64,000 bases of DNA from Bdellovibrionales bacterium (GTDB taxonomy: Bacteria; Bdellovibrionota; Bdellovibrionia; Bdellovibrionales; JAGQZY01). The notes beneath the pieces are model-generated. The model was not told where the DNA came from, ran no database searches, and saw nothing but the letters and a program-made list of their open reading frames with translations. Position numbers and translations under genes: made by a program. This document shows, piece after piece, positions 19,145-30,031 of the stretch (the first letter of the stretch is position 1; the number at the start of each line of letters is the position of its first letter). The DNA is taken from contig CAXRHT010000003.1 in the NCBI GenBank assembly GCA_964230645.1, positions 256,001-320,000 of the forward strand, written 5' to 3'.

Positions 19145-20106
19145 TGCACACTTTCTCTGATGGCCTGTTCAGAGCTTCGCGGTTGAAATCCCAATTCATT
19201 CTTGGCCCTTGAATTGTCAAACCAATGAAAAAGCGAGGAAGTAACAGCCGTTTCACTACTAAGAGAGGTTTCTTTTCCAAATTTTTTCATGGTATCACCC
19301 GCCAGTCCAAGGGCTCCAAGAACGAAGCGAGGAATCGCGATATGGGGCGGGGGCACTTTGGCCTCTTTTGCTATAATGGCGAACAACTCTTTAATTGTTA
19401 AGTTGTCTCCAGCCAGTATATAACGGCGTCCCGGCTTGCCGTTTTTTAAACAAAGCTCAATACCATCGAGCACATCTTCAACATGTACGACATTCACTCC
19501 TCCGGGAGGGAAGAGTTTGAATTTTCCTTTAGCTACCTTAAGCTGAGTCTTACGACTGCCTTTTTTGGCGTCTCCAGGACCATAAATGGTGGAGGGATTG
19601 ACCATATAAGCATTAAGGCCATCATTTTTAACGGCTTTAACGACGAGCTCTTCGGCTTTTCTTTTGGTTTCGAAATAGCCTAAATTATACTCAGACAAAT
19701 TGAATTCAAATTCTTCGTCAATGGGAACCGGATCAAAGCTTGCTCCGATGGTGACCACGGAACTTAAATGAAGGAGTTTAGAGACTTTGTTAGTAATACA
19801 GGCATCAATAACATTGTTTGTGCCCTCAATATTGACCTTTTCCATCAACTCTCGTTCGGATTTTTTGTAGGCGATCACGCCGGCCAAATGATAAACGATC
19901 TCTTGGTTCTGACAAGCATCCAATAAAGCCTGGCGGTTGGTAATATCTCCGTAAAAGAGATTCACAGATTCTTTTTTAAAGGTGTCCAATTGGCTCGATT
20001 TACGAACGAGGACCGAAACATTGTGTTTTTGTTTTAAGAGTCTATTGACTAAGTGTCCTCCGAGAAAACCGGTGGCTCCTGTGACTAAAACATTTTTAGC
20101 GCTCAA
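19108..20106 (-). CDS. NAD-dependent epimerase/dehydratase (dihydroflavonol reductase/HpnA-like SDR)
   Basis: VTGATGFLG, HLAG, YFETK (YxxxK), VHVEDV, GRRYIL. Confidence 0.9.
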   Translation of the reverse strand: MSAKNVLVTGATGFLGGHLVNRLLKQKHNVSVLVRKSSQLDTFKKESVNLFYGDITNRQALLDACQNQEIVYHLAGVIAYKKSERELMEKVNIEGTNNVIDACITNKVSKLLHLSSVVTIGASFDPVPIDEEFEFNLSEYNLGYFETKRKAEELVVKAVKNDGLNAYMVNPSTIYGPGDAKKGSRKTQLKVAKGKFKLFPPGGVNVVHVEDVLDGIELCLKNGKPGRRYILAGDNLTIKELFAIIAKEAKVPPPHIAIPRFVLGALGLAGDTMKKFGKETSLSSETAVTSSLFHWFDNSRAKNELGFQPRSSEQAIRESVQWIKENGLLKNS

Positions 20107-20686
20107 TCACGACCTCGTTGAGCTTAATCGGCTCTAAAGGCCTCATCATAGCGTCTCGAGGAGCTCTACTAATGGCATCAACCACCGCTTTTCCAGTTTC
20201 TACTTCACCCATGACTGTGTATTTGCCATTGAAATGATCGTGGGGCTTCGTTGTAATAAAAAACTGGCTGCCTGCCGAATTTTCATTACCCTGAATTTTG
20301 GCCATAGCGACAAGATAAGGACGGTCAAATTTTAACTCGTTCTCTTCTTGCTTGATCGTGTATCCAGGCCAACCTTTACCATTTCCCCAAGGACATCCGG
20401 TTTGGATCACCAGGTCGGGATGAACTTTATGAAAAATCATGTCTTTATAAAAGATCTGATCTTTTATTTTCTTTCCGGTTTTAACATCTCGGAATTGCTT
20501 TTTTCCGGTCGCTAGTCCCACAAAGTTTTCAACACTCATAGGTGCTTCACGATTGAAAAGTTTCAAACGAATATCTCCTTTCGAAGTTTTCAAAACCGCA
20601 TAAGTAAATAGACCGGCTGTCTGCTGGGCCGAAAGGGGGACGGCTATTAAGAAAACAAGAATGGAAATAAGTCGCAACATACTCAT
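20096..20686 (-). CDS. Exported cyclophilin-type peptidyl-prolyl isomerase
   Basis: APMSVENFVGLA, FHKV, QTGCPWG, SAGSQFFIT; signal peptide. Confidence 0.92.
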   Translation of the reverse strand: MSMLRLISILVFLIAVPLSAQQTAGLFTYAVLKTSKGDIRLKLFNREAPMSVENFVGLATGKKQFRDVKTGKKIKDQIFYKDMIFHKVHPDLVIQTGCPWGNGKGWPGYTIKQEENELKFDRPYLVAMAKIQGNENSAGSQFFITTKPHDHFNGKYTVMGEVETGKAVVDAISRAPRDAMMRPLEPIKLNEVVIER

Positions 20687-20699
20687 ATTGTCTGTGATT

Positions 20700-23111
20700 T
20701 TAATGGTTTAGGTCAAGGCTTTTCAAAAGCTCTTGTTGCTCGTCGACGAGTTCACCAAGGCGCCTAAAGGCGTCTTCAAAGCCAAGTATTTTTGAGAGTC
20801 TTTCTAAATGAAAGTTTTGGCCCGCGACTTTAGTACTGGAAGTGTCATTGCAGATTTGGAAAATTTGTTCGAAACGCCTGAGATCAAAATAATTTTTTAA
20901 TATCTTCTCTCTTTCCGTTTCATCAATTTCTAAGGTCGATAGTATATCTTTTGTGGAGCTTGAGGCAGGTGGCTTGTCACCTAAAAGACAATGTTTTTGA
21001 ATCACAAACTCTGTATGAATTATACCACCCTCACAGTTTTTAATGTCTATTTGATTCTTTAGAGGTTTTTTAAGTAAACGGGCGAGGATTTTTTCAAGAG
21101 AGTCCTTTTCTTGCTGATCAATACGAATTAAATCAAAGTCTTTCTGGAAATAGCTCGACTCTCTCCCAAGGATGCGGGACCGAAGATAGGCCTGTTTCTG
21201 CCAAGCTTCCGCCTTATTTTCGAGAAAATCCCAAAACCTGGATTTTTCAAGAATTAAGGGTCCAGCACTTTCATTGGGCTTTAATCTCAAATCTATATTA
21301 TAGAGCTTACCAGCTTTAGTCGGTGTCGAGAGAAGACTAATAAGCCTTCTAGCCAATTTCATTTGAGCGACAGAGGGTTTCTCTGAAGTTAGAAAAACAA
21401 AATCCAAATCGGACTGAATGCCCAACTCATTTCCACTCCATTTACCAAGACAAAGAATTTCAAGCTCGTTCACGGCAAGAGTATTCATTAGATGGGCTCT
21501 TAGTGTAGAGACAATAAAGTCAGCTTGCTCTGTGAGATTTTTTCCGTAGGCTTCCACATTTTTTTCTTTAATCAATTGAATGATCGCAAAAAGCTGACCG
21601 AGGAGTTTGTAGTCAATAATATTTTCAAGTAAGACGTCCAAATCATCATTCAAATCAATGGGGACCTGACCTAATGAAAAGCTATCAATAAGCTCTGGAC
21701 GGCGACTCAAGGTCTGGCCGACAAAGGGCGAAATAGAGAAAAGCCAAGCAAGATTTTCGAGAAGTGCCGGGTGCCTTTTAAGTAGATAAAAAATCGAGGA
21801 CTTGGATTTAATTGAAAATACAAAGTCTCGAAAGGATTGTATCGCCAGGTCACGATCAATAGCGATTTTTGAGCTCACCGCGATAAAGTCATTAAGGATA
21901 TCAATCTTAAGACGTTCAACTTCACTCTTTTTTAAGGAGTGAGTTTTGAGTCCCCGAATGTCTTCGATAGCTTTTCGGGAGCGCTCCTCAATATCTTCTG
22001 ATTCGAGACTCTTTAGTTGTGTCTCGGCCGGCTCGGGCTCGGTAAAGAAATCACCCACGATTTCGTTACAAATTTTAAAGTTTTCAAAAAACTCTGTCTC
22101 ATCCCAGTCAAGTTGGGGGATGCGCTTAAGAAAACCGGATTTGAGCAAATAGGTATGGCTATCATTCTCAATATGAATAAGATTTTCTATACGACGTAAA
22201 TCCCAATAGAAACGATTAAGAAATTCACTTTCTGCTTCCTTCAGGGCTTTACGTTCACGCAGGTTTTCAATGGCGACCGTCATATTGGAAGTTTGAAGTT
22301 TGGGATCCTTACCGCCATAAATGACCTGTAGTGATTGTACAAACAATTCAATATCTCGGATACCGCCGGGGGAGAGTTTAATATCAAGTGGCTCATTGGC
22401 CTTTCTCCACTGATAGTTTATTTTCTGTCTTATATGCTTAATCTCATTAATAACAGAGAAGTCCAAACGCCGGGGAAAACTATGTCTGCGGCAGTATTCA
22501 AAAAGCTGAGAATTTAAGGTGTCCGGCCCTATGATTGGACGCATGCGAATAAAGCTGAGGCGATTCCAGGCTTCAAGATATTCGTCAAAATAGGAAAAAA
22601 ACTTTTTCTTGTTAGCCGTCAGAGGAGTGTTGACTCCTCCGGGGCGTAAATCAAAATCAAGACGGTAAGCAAAACCAAAAGAGGTGTTTTCCGTTAATAA
22701 CGATACAAACTTCTTGAGTGTGGGATGGCAGGCTTGCGGATCGACATGATTTTCCCTTACGAGCACAAGATCAATATCAGAGCTTAAATTTAGTTCTTCA
22801 GAGCCGAGCTTTCCAAAAGCAAGAAGGGAGATGTCTTCTTTTTCAAGGTCGAGACTCATCCAAACTTTGCGAATGATTTGGTCGGTTTGTTCTGTCCAAT
22901 AACGGCAGATATCTTCAGTGGGGGCTGAGTTATTAAAAGACGCGAGAGCACATTTTAACCAGTGCCTGTGTTTTTCTTGTCGAATCTCGTCAGAAAAGTT
23001 TCGAGTGGGCTTTGTTAATAAATTGAGATAGTGGCTGAAGACCGGGGAAAAAGCGGAAAGGGCATTCCTTTCCGCCATGGAATAATCATCTATTGCAGGT
23101 AAGGTGACCAT
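20700..23111 (-). CDS. glnE: Glutamine synthetase adenylyltransferase-like protein (two nucleotidyltransferase domains)
   Basis: GKLGSEELNLSSDIDL, DFDLRPGG, IKLSPGGIRDIE and second GKWSGNELGIQSDLDF, DLRLKP, EAWQKQAY. Confidence 0.85.
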   Translation of the reverse strand: MVTLPAIDDYSMAERNALSAFSPVFSHYLNLLTKPTRNFSDEIRQEKHRHWLKCALASFNNSAPTEDICRYWTEQTDQIIRKVWMSLDLEKEDISLLAFGKLGSEELNLSSDIDLVLVRENHVDPQACHPTLKKFVSLLTENTSFGFAYRLDFDLRPGGVNTPLTANKKKFFSYFDEYLEAWNRLSFIRMRPIIGPDTLNSQLFEYCRRHSFPRRLDFSVINEIKHIRQKINYQWRKANEPLDIKLSPGGIRDIELFVQSLQVIYGGKDPKLQTSNMTVAIENLRERKALKEAESEFLNRFYWDLRRIENLIHIENDSHTYLLKSGFLKRIPQLDWDETEFFENFKICNEIVGDFFTEPEPAETQLKSLESEDIEERSRKAIEDIRGLKTHSLKKSEVERLKIDILNDFIAVSSKIAIDRDLAIQSFRDFVFSIKSKSSIFYLLKRHPALLENLAWLFSISPFVGQTLSRRPELIDSFSLGQVPIDLNDDLDVLLENIIDYKLLGQLFAIIQLIKEKNVEAYGKNLTEQADFIVSTLRAHLMNTLAVNELEILCLGKWSGNELGIQSDLDFVFLTSEKPSVAQMKLARRLISLLSTPTKAGKLYNIDLRLKPNESAGPLILEKSRFWDFLENKAEAWQKQAYLRSRILGRESSYFQKDFDLIRIDQQEKDSLEKILARLLKKPLKNQIDIKNCEGGIIHTEFVIQKHCLLGDKPPASSSTKDILSTLEIDETEREKILKNYFDLRRFEQIFQICNDTSSTKVAGQNFHLERLSKILGFEDAFRRLGELVDEQQELLKSLDLNH

Positions 23112-24481
23112 TGAGGCTTGTAGTAGTCCTTGTTATCAAAAGTTAAACGATGCTCGTACTTACCATCAATACTGACAATATACAGCTGATAACGTCCCGA
23201 TCGGTCACTGGCGAACAGAATGAAGCGACCATCAGGAGAAAATGACGGATATTCGTTGTTAGCCCATTTGCCATTTCTCTTTTTGGCTGATGTCAGTCGT
23301 TTAATATTCTTACCGTTTTTATCGATCGTAAAAATATCGAAATGACCTTTATCAAATCCTGCAAAAGCAATTCTTTCACCATCAGGAGACCAAGCGGGGC
23401 TGGAATTATAAACACCCGCAAAAGTAAGCCTTTTTACATTCCCTCCACTTCGGTTCATTGTGTAGATCATGGGTTTACCAGAGCGGTCAGAAGAAAAGGC
23501 GATGGTCTGCCCATCGGGACTGATCGCTGGCTCCACATTCATGGCTCCTCTGGGGCCATTGGTGATTCTTGTTCGGTTTTTTCCTTTTAGGTCTGTTTTG
23601 TAAATGTCAGAGGCGCCTTTGTTTGAAATCCGAAGGTAGACCTCATCGGAGCTTGGCGGAAAAGCGGCTCCTGAGTTGATTCCTTTTTTATAAGACAGAA
23701 GCCATCTTTTTTTCGTTTGGAAATCATAAAGAAAAAGGTCGGCGTTTCTGGTTTTAAGTTTCTTATGAAAAAGAAAAGAGGTGTAGGTTAAGTAGCGACC
23801 GTTAGGTGACCAGGCCGGGGATTGAGAAATTGTTCTGTGAGAGGAAATTTGCCTTTGATTGGCTCCGTCCCAGTCCATCACAAAAATCTCTTTTTCGGCT
23901 TTCGTGGTTGAGCGAGAAACCACAAACTTTGTCATAAAAAAGCCGTTTTTACCTGTCAGTGACTTCATAATGTCATTGCAAAATTTATGAGCAATGGTGC
24001 GGAGATCGTTAACAGATCCGGTGTAGGACTTACCCATGACTAACTTTCTTTGGGGTACATGATAAAGGTAAGCTTCGTACTGGAATTGATTGTTGTTAAT
24101 CTTAAAGCCGGAACGGATCATAAACTCAGCACCAATTTGTTTCCAAGAGGAGAAGTCAAAGCCTCGTGCCGGATCATTTTCTTTGGGAGTGAGGGACTTC
24201 GTTTTATATTTTTCAACAAAAGCTTCTGGTGAGATAAATGAAAAATAAGAGGAGATTGTGAGGTCTTTCTCTACAATCTCGTAAAAGCGTTTACCGTAGC
24301 TAAGATGTTTTGAGGCATTTGATGGGGTTCCAAGATATATTAAAGGAACCAGAGCCATAGGGCTTTGTTTAATCTCGGCTTTACCAATATTGATATAAGG
24401 TCTTTCCTTGGCAAAACTCGGGGCGCTAAACAAAAGCGCAATAAATAAGACAAATAGAACATTCGATTGGGATTTTAGCAT
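23090..24481 (-). CDS. tolB: Tol-Pal beta-propeller protein TolB
   Basis: AHKFCNDI, repeated PAWSPDG/PSFSPDG (PD40) units; follows tolQRA. Confidence 0.93.
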   Translation of the reverse strand: MLKSQSNVLFVLFIALLFSAPSFAKERPYINIGKAEIKQSPMALVPLIYLGTPSNASKHLSYGKRFYEIVEKDLTISSYFSFISPEAFVEKYKTKSLTPKENDPARGFDFSSWKQIGAEFMIRSGFKINNNQFQYEAYLYHVPQRKLVMGKSYTGSVNDLRTIAHKFCNDIMKSLTGKNGFFMTKFVVSRSTTKAEKEIFVMDWDGANQRQISSHRTISQSPAWSPNGRYLTYTSFLFHKKLKTRNADLFLYDFQTKKRWLLSYKKGINSGAAFPPSSDEVYLRISNKGASDIYKTDLKGKNRTRITNGPRGAMNVEPAISPDGQTIAFSSDRSGKPMIYTMNRSGGNVKRLTFAGVYNSSPAWSPDGERIAFAGFDKGHFDIFTIDKNGKNIKRLTSAKKRNGKWANNEYPSFSPDGRFILFASDRSGRYQLYIVSIDGKYEHRLTFDNKDYYKPQWSPYLQ

Positions 24482-24491
24482 AAGAACCTCT

Positions 24492-25313
24492 CTATTCTGG
24501 GAAACGAATTTCCACACCTTTCGTAGAGTAGAAGTCGGTTAAGTTTGATGGTGGTGCGGGAAGTGGACTGGCCTTTTCGAGCGTACTGAGAACATGTTGA
24601 TCAAAAAGATCGTTCCCGGATTTCGCCAAAAATGACGTGTTACTAATCGCACCGTTTCTACTAATTAGAAGTAAAACGCGCGCCTTAAGGTTACCACTGG
24701 CTAACCACTCCGGCAAGTTCCAGTAGTTTCGGATGTGAGCATCCAATTCATCGAGGTAAGATTCGTGATGGAGTTTTTGCAAACCTTCCAGTGAGTTTCC
24801 TCGACTAACGGCGTTTCCTTTGAACTCTTGTTTTTGGGCTGCGGCCTCTTGTTTTTCTTTGAGCTTTTTCATGGCCTTTAAGCGAGCAATAGCGGAATCC
24901 TGCTCGTCTTTTACATCCTCTTTGGGCTCTTCTTTTTTCTTTTCAGCCTTTTTAGGTTTAGGCTTGGGCTTAGGTTTTTCAACAATCTTAGGCTTAACCT
25001 TTGGTTTAGGTGTTTTAGGCTTAGGTTTTTTGGGTTTGGGCTTCGGCTCCGGTTTGGGCTCTTCCTTTTTAGCCACCGGCTTTGGCTCTTCTTTTTTAGC
25101 CACCGGCTTTGGCTCTTCTTTTTTTGGCACTGGTTGAGGTGGCGCCTCCACTTTATCGGGGAGAGCGACGACATCAACACGTACGGCCTGCTTAAATTCA
25201 GGAGTCTCGGTGGGAAAAAACAAAACCTTCACTGTTAAAATAATAAAAATAACAGCGTGAAATCCTACGGAGAGGACTAAGAATTTTGAAAAAGAATCTC
25301 TTGGTTTGTTCAT
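24492..25313 (-). CDS. tolA: TolA/TonB-family energy transducer
   Basis: SVGFH (SxxxH) TM motif, Pro/Lys-rich linker with KKEEPKPVA repeats, C-terminal SGNDLFD..ASPLPAPP. Confidence 0.88.
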   Translation of the reverse strand: MNKPRDSFSKFLVLSVGFHAVIFIILTVKVLFFPTETPEFKQAVRVDVVALPDKVEAPPQPVPKKEEPKPVAKKEEPKPVAKKEEPKPEPKPKPKKPKPKTPKPKVKPKIVEKPKPKPKPKKAEKKKEEPKEDVKDEQDSAIARLKAMKKLKEKQEAAAQKQEFKGNAVSRGNSLEGLQKLHHESYLDELDAHIRNYWNLPEWLASGNLKARVLLLISRNGAISNTSFLAKSGNDLFDQHVLSTLEKASPLPAPPSNLTDFYSTKGVEIRFPE

Positions 25314-25714
25314 TTCGGAAGAGTCACCAACCCAATATTATAGATTCCTGCGGCTCGAATTTCCGCAAGAGCTTGGGCCACAAGTTCATAATCCACCTTG
25401 CGATCTGCCTTTAGATAAACTTGTTTGTTTTTCCTGGATTCAAAGATCGCTTTAAGTTTATTGCGAAGCCCATCCAGTTGAACTTCTTCTTTAGCAACAT
25501 AGAGTTTATTGTCATTTCGAATAGAGAGAACAAAAGGCTCATCACTGGTCTCAATACCGGATGCTGCAGTTTCTGGTAGGTCGATTTCAATTCCTTGCTG
25601 CATCATGGGGGCTGTTACCATAAAAATGATCAGGAGCACGAGCATCACGTCCACAAGTGGGGTGACATTGATTTCGCTCATAGAAGTTCTACGATTCGAA
25701 GTTCCCATTCCCAT
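25310..25714 (-). CDS. tolR: TolR/ExbD
   Basis: SEINVTPLVDVMLVLLIIFMVTAP. Confidence 0.95.
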   Translation of the reverse strand: MGMGTSNRRTSMSEINVTPLVDVMLVLLIIFMVTAPMMQQGIEIDLPETAASGIETSDEPFVLSIRNDNKLYVAKEEVQLDGLRNKLKAIFESRKNKQVYLKADRKVDYELVAQALAEIRAAGIYNIGLVTLPK

Positions 25715-25717
25715 AAG

Positions 25718-26413
25718 TTAGTCCTTTTGTTGAAGACGCGCGATATTGAGGAATTCAGAAATGAAGTTGTTCATATTGTTCTCATGCTTACGAACTTCAT
25801 TGAGTAAAAAGTTGTAGGCCATAACCGCGGGAATCGCAGCAAAAAGGCCAACAGCTGTGGCAAAAAGAGCCTCTGAAATTCCGGGAGCCACTGTGGCAAG
25901 GCTTGCTGATCCAGCATTTGAGATCGCGCGAAATGAGTTCATGATTCCCACAACTGTCCCAAGAAGACCTATAAAAGGGGCCGTACTTCCTGTTGTGGCA
26001 AGAAAGGCCATTCTTTCCTCAAGGGCTGAGACCTCTTGGTCTTGACCTTTGCGAAGGGCTCTTTCCAAATTGTCCACATTGCCCGAAACGGCAAGAGTTT
26101 GCTTTCTCTGCACTCTTTCCAGTTCTGAGAAGCCAGCTTTAAAGATTCGAGAAAGAGGGCTTTCCGAATGCCTTTCGAGCTTGTCTTTAACTTGTTCCAA
26201 GGTGGCCGCTGACCAAAAAAGATCGAGAAACTTTTCGTTCTCTTCTCTGGCTTTGCGGAACTGTTTTCTTTTATTAAAGATAATAGCCCAGGAAACAATG
26301 GACATGACAATCAGTACGAGGAGAAGGAGTTGCACGGCAATTCCAGCTCCCATGATGTCTGAGATTAATGAAGTCTTCGTTGATATTTCGGTGGTGGCGG
26401 CTTGTGCGTTCAT
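25718..26413 (-). CDS. tolQ: TolQ/ExbB
   Basis: FLATTGSTAPFIGLLGTV, VAPGISEALFATAVGLFAAIPA. Confidence 0.95.
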   Translation of the reverse strand: MNAQAATTEISTKTSLISDIMGAGIAVQLLLLVLIVMSIVSWAIIFNKRKQFRKAREENEKFLDLFWSAATLEQVKDKLERHSESPLSRIFKAGFSELERVQRKQTLAVSGNVDNLERALRKGQDQEVSALEERMAFLATTGSTAPFIGLLGTVVGIMNSFRAISNAGSASLATVAPGISEALFATAVGLFAAIPAVMAYNFLLNEVRKHENNMNNFISEFLNIARLQQKD

Positions 26414-26549
26414 AACTATTGAGGCTAAAGGATCTTTGCTGGTGATTCAATAACTATCCGACACGATTGGCCTTTTTAACAGTGGGACCCTCGACCAAAA
26501 GGACAAAAATTCAAACCAAAATGAATAGGCATAGACTTGGGAAAAAATA

Positions 26550-27218
26550 TTAATCTTGAATCAACCATGCGTGGGGAGAAAGGCCCTTCATAGGTCTAGC
26601 TACTGGACCGATAATGACAAATTTATTTTGTCGTTTGGCTTCTTCAACAAGGGAGGCAAACTCTAAACTGAGCTTTACATTGTCTAAATGAATAAAAAAG
26701 ACGTCCGCTGAAATTTTCATCACCGATTGCAAGCCCAGAGAGTTCAAAGCAAACATTCTGGTTTGAAAAACTTCCCCATTGCAAAAAGTCCACTCTGGTT
26801 CGATTTCCCTGATGTCTTTTAAGAGCCCGTCATTACGGGAGCAAAAGATAATGCGGTCGCCGAGTTTTTCCTCTTTTACCAACTGCCTAAGCTCTGGAAG
26901 GGCCTTTGGAGATTTCCACTGGACAAATAAGAGTATGGGTTTTGAAAGGGCCAGATTCTTGAGGTCACTTAAAGGCTTGTCACCTGCTATTTGCCAGCCT
27001 TTTTGATCATGCTTTGCTTTCACAAGCGAGAGGTTCTCCGAGTTTTTATCTATAAGTAGGGCTCGATCTTGAGTTTCTCCTAAAAGTTCCTGAACTAAGG
27101 GGGTCTGATAGGAGGAAACCTCTCGACTTTCGCCGTGGGATTTGAGCCCATACCAGATGCCAAATAGCCCAATTAGTATAAAAAATATGAAAGCAAAAAA
27201 ACCTAGGACACTTCTCAT
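26550..27218 (-). CDS. Membrane-anchored protein, weak resemblance to glycerophosphodiester phosphodiesterase fold
   Basis: N-terminal TM helix; DRIIFCS..LKDIREIEP segment resembles the GDPD C-terminal half; no HRG motif. Confidence 0.5.
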   Translation of the reverse strand: MRSVLGFFAFIFFILIGLFGIWYGLKSHGESREVSSYQTPLVQELLGETQDRALLIDKNSENLSLVKAKHDQKGWQIAGDKPLSDLKNLALSKPILLFVQWKSPKALPELRQLVKEEKLGDRIIFCSRNDGLLKDIREIEPEWTFCNGEVFQTRMFALNSLGLQSVMKISADVFFIHLDNVKLSLEFASLVEEAKRQNKFVIIGPVARPMKGLSPHAWLIQD

Positions 27219-27306
27219 TTCGACCAACTATCTATTATTACTGGACTAAATGTCAACACAAAGAGATTTCCTCTATAACCAAATAAGTCAAAAAAATCCC
27301 TATTTA

Positions 27307-27335
27307 TTGACGTTCATTTGGCATTCATTTAGGTT
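27307..27335 (+). promoter_or_regulatory. Sigma70-type promoter of the suf operon
   Basis: TTGACG-N17-TAGGTT, 25 bp upstream of the rrf2 start (AGGAG RBS). Confidence 0.6.
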
Positions 27336-27359
27336 ACGGGCCAATACTAGGAGAAAGTT

Positions 27360-27815
27360 ATGAACAAGATTCATAGAAAAGTGGAGTACGCCCTTATTTC
27401 TCTACGACACATGAAGAAAAAAGAGCCTGGACAGTTAACGACAGTTAAAGAAATCTGCCGGTCTTATGGTTGCTCATTTGATGCGACCTCAAGGGTTTTA
27501 CAAAAAATGGTGCAAAAAGGCCTATTGAAGTCCGAGCAGGGGGCCCAGGGGGGCTACCTTATTCAAAAGGATCTTCGCAAAGTGAGCCTCCTTGATTTGA
27601 TTGAATATGTGGTCGGACCCATTAGCATTGTGAAATGCCTCGATTCTGGCAAAGGCGACTGTGATATGGAAAACAGTTGCAATGTTATTGCGCCGCTGGC
27701 TTACCTCAATGATCAACTGATTCAGTTTTATCGCAGCATCAACGTCGATGCCATGCTCAGTGTACCCGATCGTAAATGTGTCTCAATGGATAGTTATTTC
27801 AGTGGTGGAGCCTAA
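27360..27815 (+). CDS. Rrf2/IscR-family regulator with three-Cys Fe-S motif
   Basis: [29 protein letters not shown]; heads the suf operon. Confidence 0.92.
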   Translation: MNKIHRKVEYALISLRHMKKKEPGQLTTVKEICRSYGCSFDATSRVLQKMVQKGLLKSEQGAQGGYLIQKDLRKVSLLDLIEYVVGPISIVKCLDSGKGDCDMENSCNVIAPLAYLNDQLIQFYRSINVDAMLSVPDRKCVSMDSYFSGGA

Positions 27816-29266
27816 TGTCTAAATCAACAGAAGCTGTAACAAATAAAGAATACAAGTACGGATTTTATACCGACATTGAGACCATTCATTTTGGGAAAGG
27901 ACTCAGTGAGGAAATCATCCGCAAAATTTCTGAAAGAAAAAAAGAACCGGAATGGCTCTTAGAGTATCGCCTAAAAGCCTATCGCCATTGGCTCACTCTT
28001 GAGGAGCCCGAGTGGGCTGACCTGAAATATGAGCCTATAGACTTTCAAGGAATTGCTTATTACTCAGAGCCAAAATCCAAAGAAGAAGTGCAAGAGGACA
28101 AACCTAAGAGTTTAGATGATCTTGATCCGGAACTCTTGAAAACTTTTGAGCGCCTGGGAATTCCTCTAAGTGAGCAAAAAAGAATCAGTGGAGTGGCAGT
28201 GGATGCTGTTTTTGATAGCGTCTCAGTGGGCACGACCCACACCGAAGAGTTGAAAAAATATGGAGTGGTCTTTTGCTCCATCTCTGAAGCTGTTCATACT
28301 CACCCAGAGCTTGTGAAAAAATACTTGGGATCCGTCGTTCCTTATAAAGATAATTTTTTTGCAGCTCTTAATGCTGCCGTTTTCTCTGATGGCTCTTTCG
28401 TTTATGTTCCCAAAGGGGTGAAGTGTCCTATTGATCTTTCCACCTATTTTCGAATCAACGCGATGGATACCGGACAGTTTGAAAGAACTCTTGTTGTGGC
28501 TGACGAAGATAGTTTCGTAAACTATTTGGAAGGTTGCACCGCTCCTCAAAGAGATGAGAACCAACTTCATGCAGCGATTGTAGAATTGGTGGCCTTAGAT
28601 GATGCAGAAATAAAGTATTCAACCGTTCAAAACTGGTACACGGGCGACAAAGAAGGAAAAGGTGGAATCTATAATTTTGTAACCAAGAGAGGTCTTTGCA
28701 AAGGAAAGCGTTCAAAGATTTCTTGGACGCAAGTGGAGTCCGGTTCCGCCATTACTTGGAAGTACCCTAGTTGTGTGCTGCAAGGGGACTATTCCCAAGG
28801 CGCTTTTTATTCCGTGGCTCTGACTCACGATTATATGCAGGCGGATACTGGAACCAAGATGATTCACATTGGTAAAAACACCAAGAGTACCATCATCTCA
28901 AAGGGAATCTCCTCAGGGTCCTCTAAAAATAATTATCGTGGTTTAGTTAAAGTGATGCCTAAAGCTAGTGGAGCGAGAAATTATTCTCAATGTGATTCCA
29001 TGCTCGTGGGTGATCATTGTTCAGCCAACACCTATCCTTATATAGAAGTAAAAAACAATACGGCCACCCTTGAGCATGAGGCGACAACCAGCCGTATCAG
29101 TGAAGATCAACTTTTTTATTTGCAGTCTCGAGGGATGTCGATGGAAGAGGCCATCTCGGTATTAGTAAATGGATTTTGTAAAGAGGTCTTCAAAGAGCTT
29201 CCCTTGGAATTTTCAGTGGAAGCCGTCAAATTGATAGAAATGAAATTAGAAAACAGTGTGGGATAA
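27815..29266 (+). CDS. sufB: Fe-S cluster assembly protein SufB
   Basis: [34 protein letters not shown]. Confidence 0.98.
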   Translation: MSKSTEAVTNKEYKYGFYTDIETIHFGKGLSEEIIRKISERKKEPEWLLEYRLKAYRHWLTLEEPEWADLKYEPIDFQGIAYYSEPKSKEEVQEDKPKSLDDLDPELLKTFERLGIPLSEQKRISGVAVDAVFDSVSVGTTHTEELKKYGVVFCSISEAVHTHPELVKKYLGSVVPYKDNFFAALNAAVFSDGSFVYVPKGVKCPIDLSTYFRINAMDTGQFERTLVVADEDSFVNYLEGCTAPQRDENQLHAAIVELVALDDAEIKYSTVQNWYTGDKEGKGGIYNFVTKRGLCKGKRSKISWTQVESGSAITWKYPSCVLQGDYSQGAFYSVALTHDYMQADTGTKMIHIGKNTKSTIISKGISSGSSKNNYRGLVKVMPKASGARNYSQCDSMLVGDHCSANTYPYIEVKNNTATLEHEATTSRISEDQLFYLQSRGMSMEEAISVLVNGFCKEVFKELPLEFSVEAVKLIEMKLENSVG

Positions 29267-29269
29267 AAT

Positions 29270-30022
29270 ATGTTGTTAAAAGTAAAAGGTTTGAAAGCTC
29301 AAGTCGAAGAAAAAGATGTACTCAAGGGGTTGGATTTAACAATCAATCCAGGAGAAGTGCATGCCATCATGGGGCCTAATGGATCTGGGAAATCGACCCT
29401 TTCGAAGGTCATCGCAGGCCATCCAAGCTATGAAGTGACTGCTGGAAGCGTGGATTACGAAGTAAACTTTAAAGAAAAAAATCTTCTTGAGATGGAGCCT
29501 GATGAGCGCGCCAAAGAAGGTGTTTTTCTAGCCTTCCAATATCCCGTGGAAGTGCCAGGAGTGAGTAACTTCGAATTTCTAATGTCCTCCTACAACGCGA
29601 TTGCAAAACATCAGGGATTTCCGGCTAAGACCACAGAGGAGTTTGAAAGCTTTGTAAAAGACAAAATGGCCATGGTTAAAATGAAAGACGAATTTCTGCA
29701 TCGCTCAGTCAATACTGGCTTTTCCGGAGGGGAAAAGAAACGAAATGAGATTTTGCAGATGGCAGTTCTCAACCCTCGCTTGGCCTTCTTGGACGAAACG
29801 GACTCTGGACTTGATATTGATGCGTTAAAAATCGTTGCAGACGGTGTGAATAAATTGAAATCCCAGGAAAACGCGATCGTTTTAGTGACCCATTACCAAC
29901 GACTTCTCGATTATATAAAACCTGATTTTGTTCATGTTTTGTCAGACGGAAAAATCATAAAAAGTGGTGGGCCCGAGTTGGCTCACAAATTAGAAGCTGA
30001 AGGCTACGACTGGATTCAATAA
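29270..30022 (+). CDS. sufC: Fe-S assembly ATPase SufC
   Basis: [36 protein letters not shown]. Confidence 0.98.
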   Translation: MLLKVKGLKAQVEEKDVLKGLDLTINPGEVHAIMGPNGSGKSTLSKVIAGHPSYEVTAGSVDYEVNFKEKNLLEMEPDERAKEGVFLAFQYPVEVPGVSNFEFLMSSYNAIAKHQGFPAKTTEEFESFVKDKMAMVKMKDEFLHRSVNTGFSGGEKKRNEILQMAVLNPRLAFLDETDSGLDIDALKIVADGVNKLKSQENAIVLVTHYQRLLDYIKPDFVHVLSDGKIIKSGGPELAHKLEAEGYDWIQ

Positions 30023-30031
30023 AAAAGGTGA

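Noticed and set aside
24820..25180. Repetitive ORFs overlapping tolA
   Set aside because: Shadow frames of the Pro/Lys-rich TolA linker
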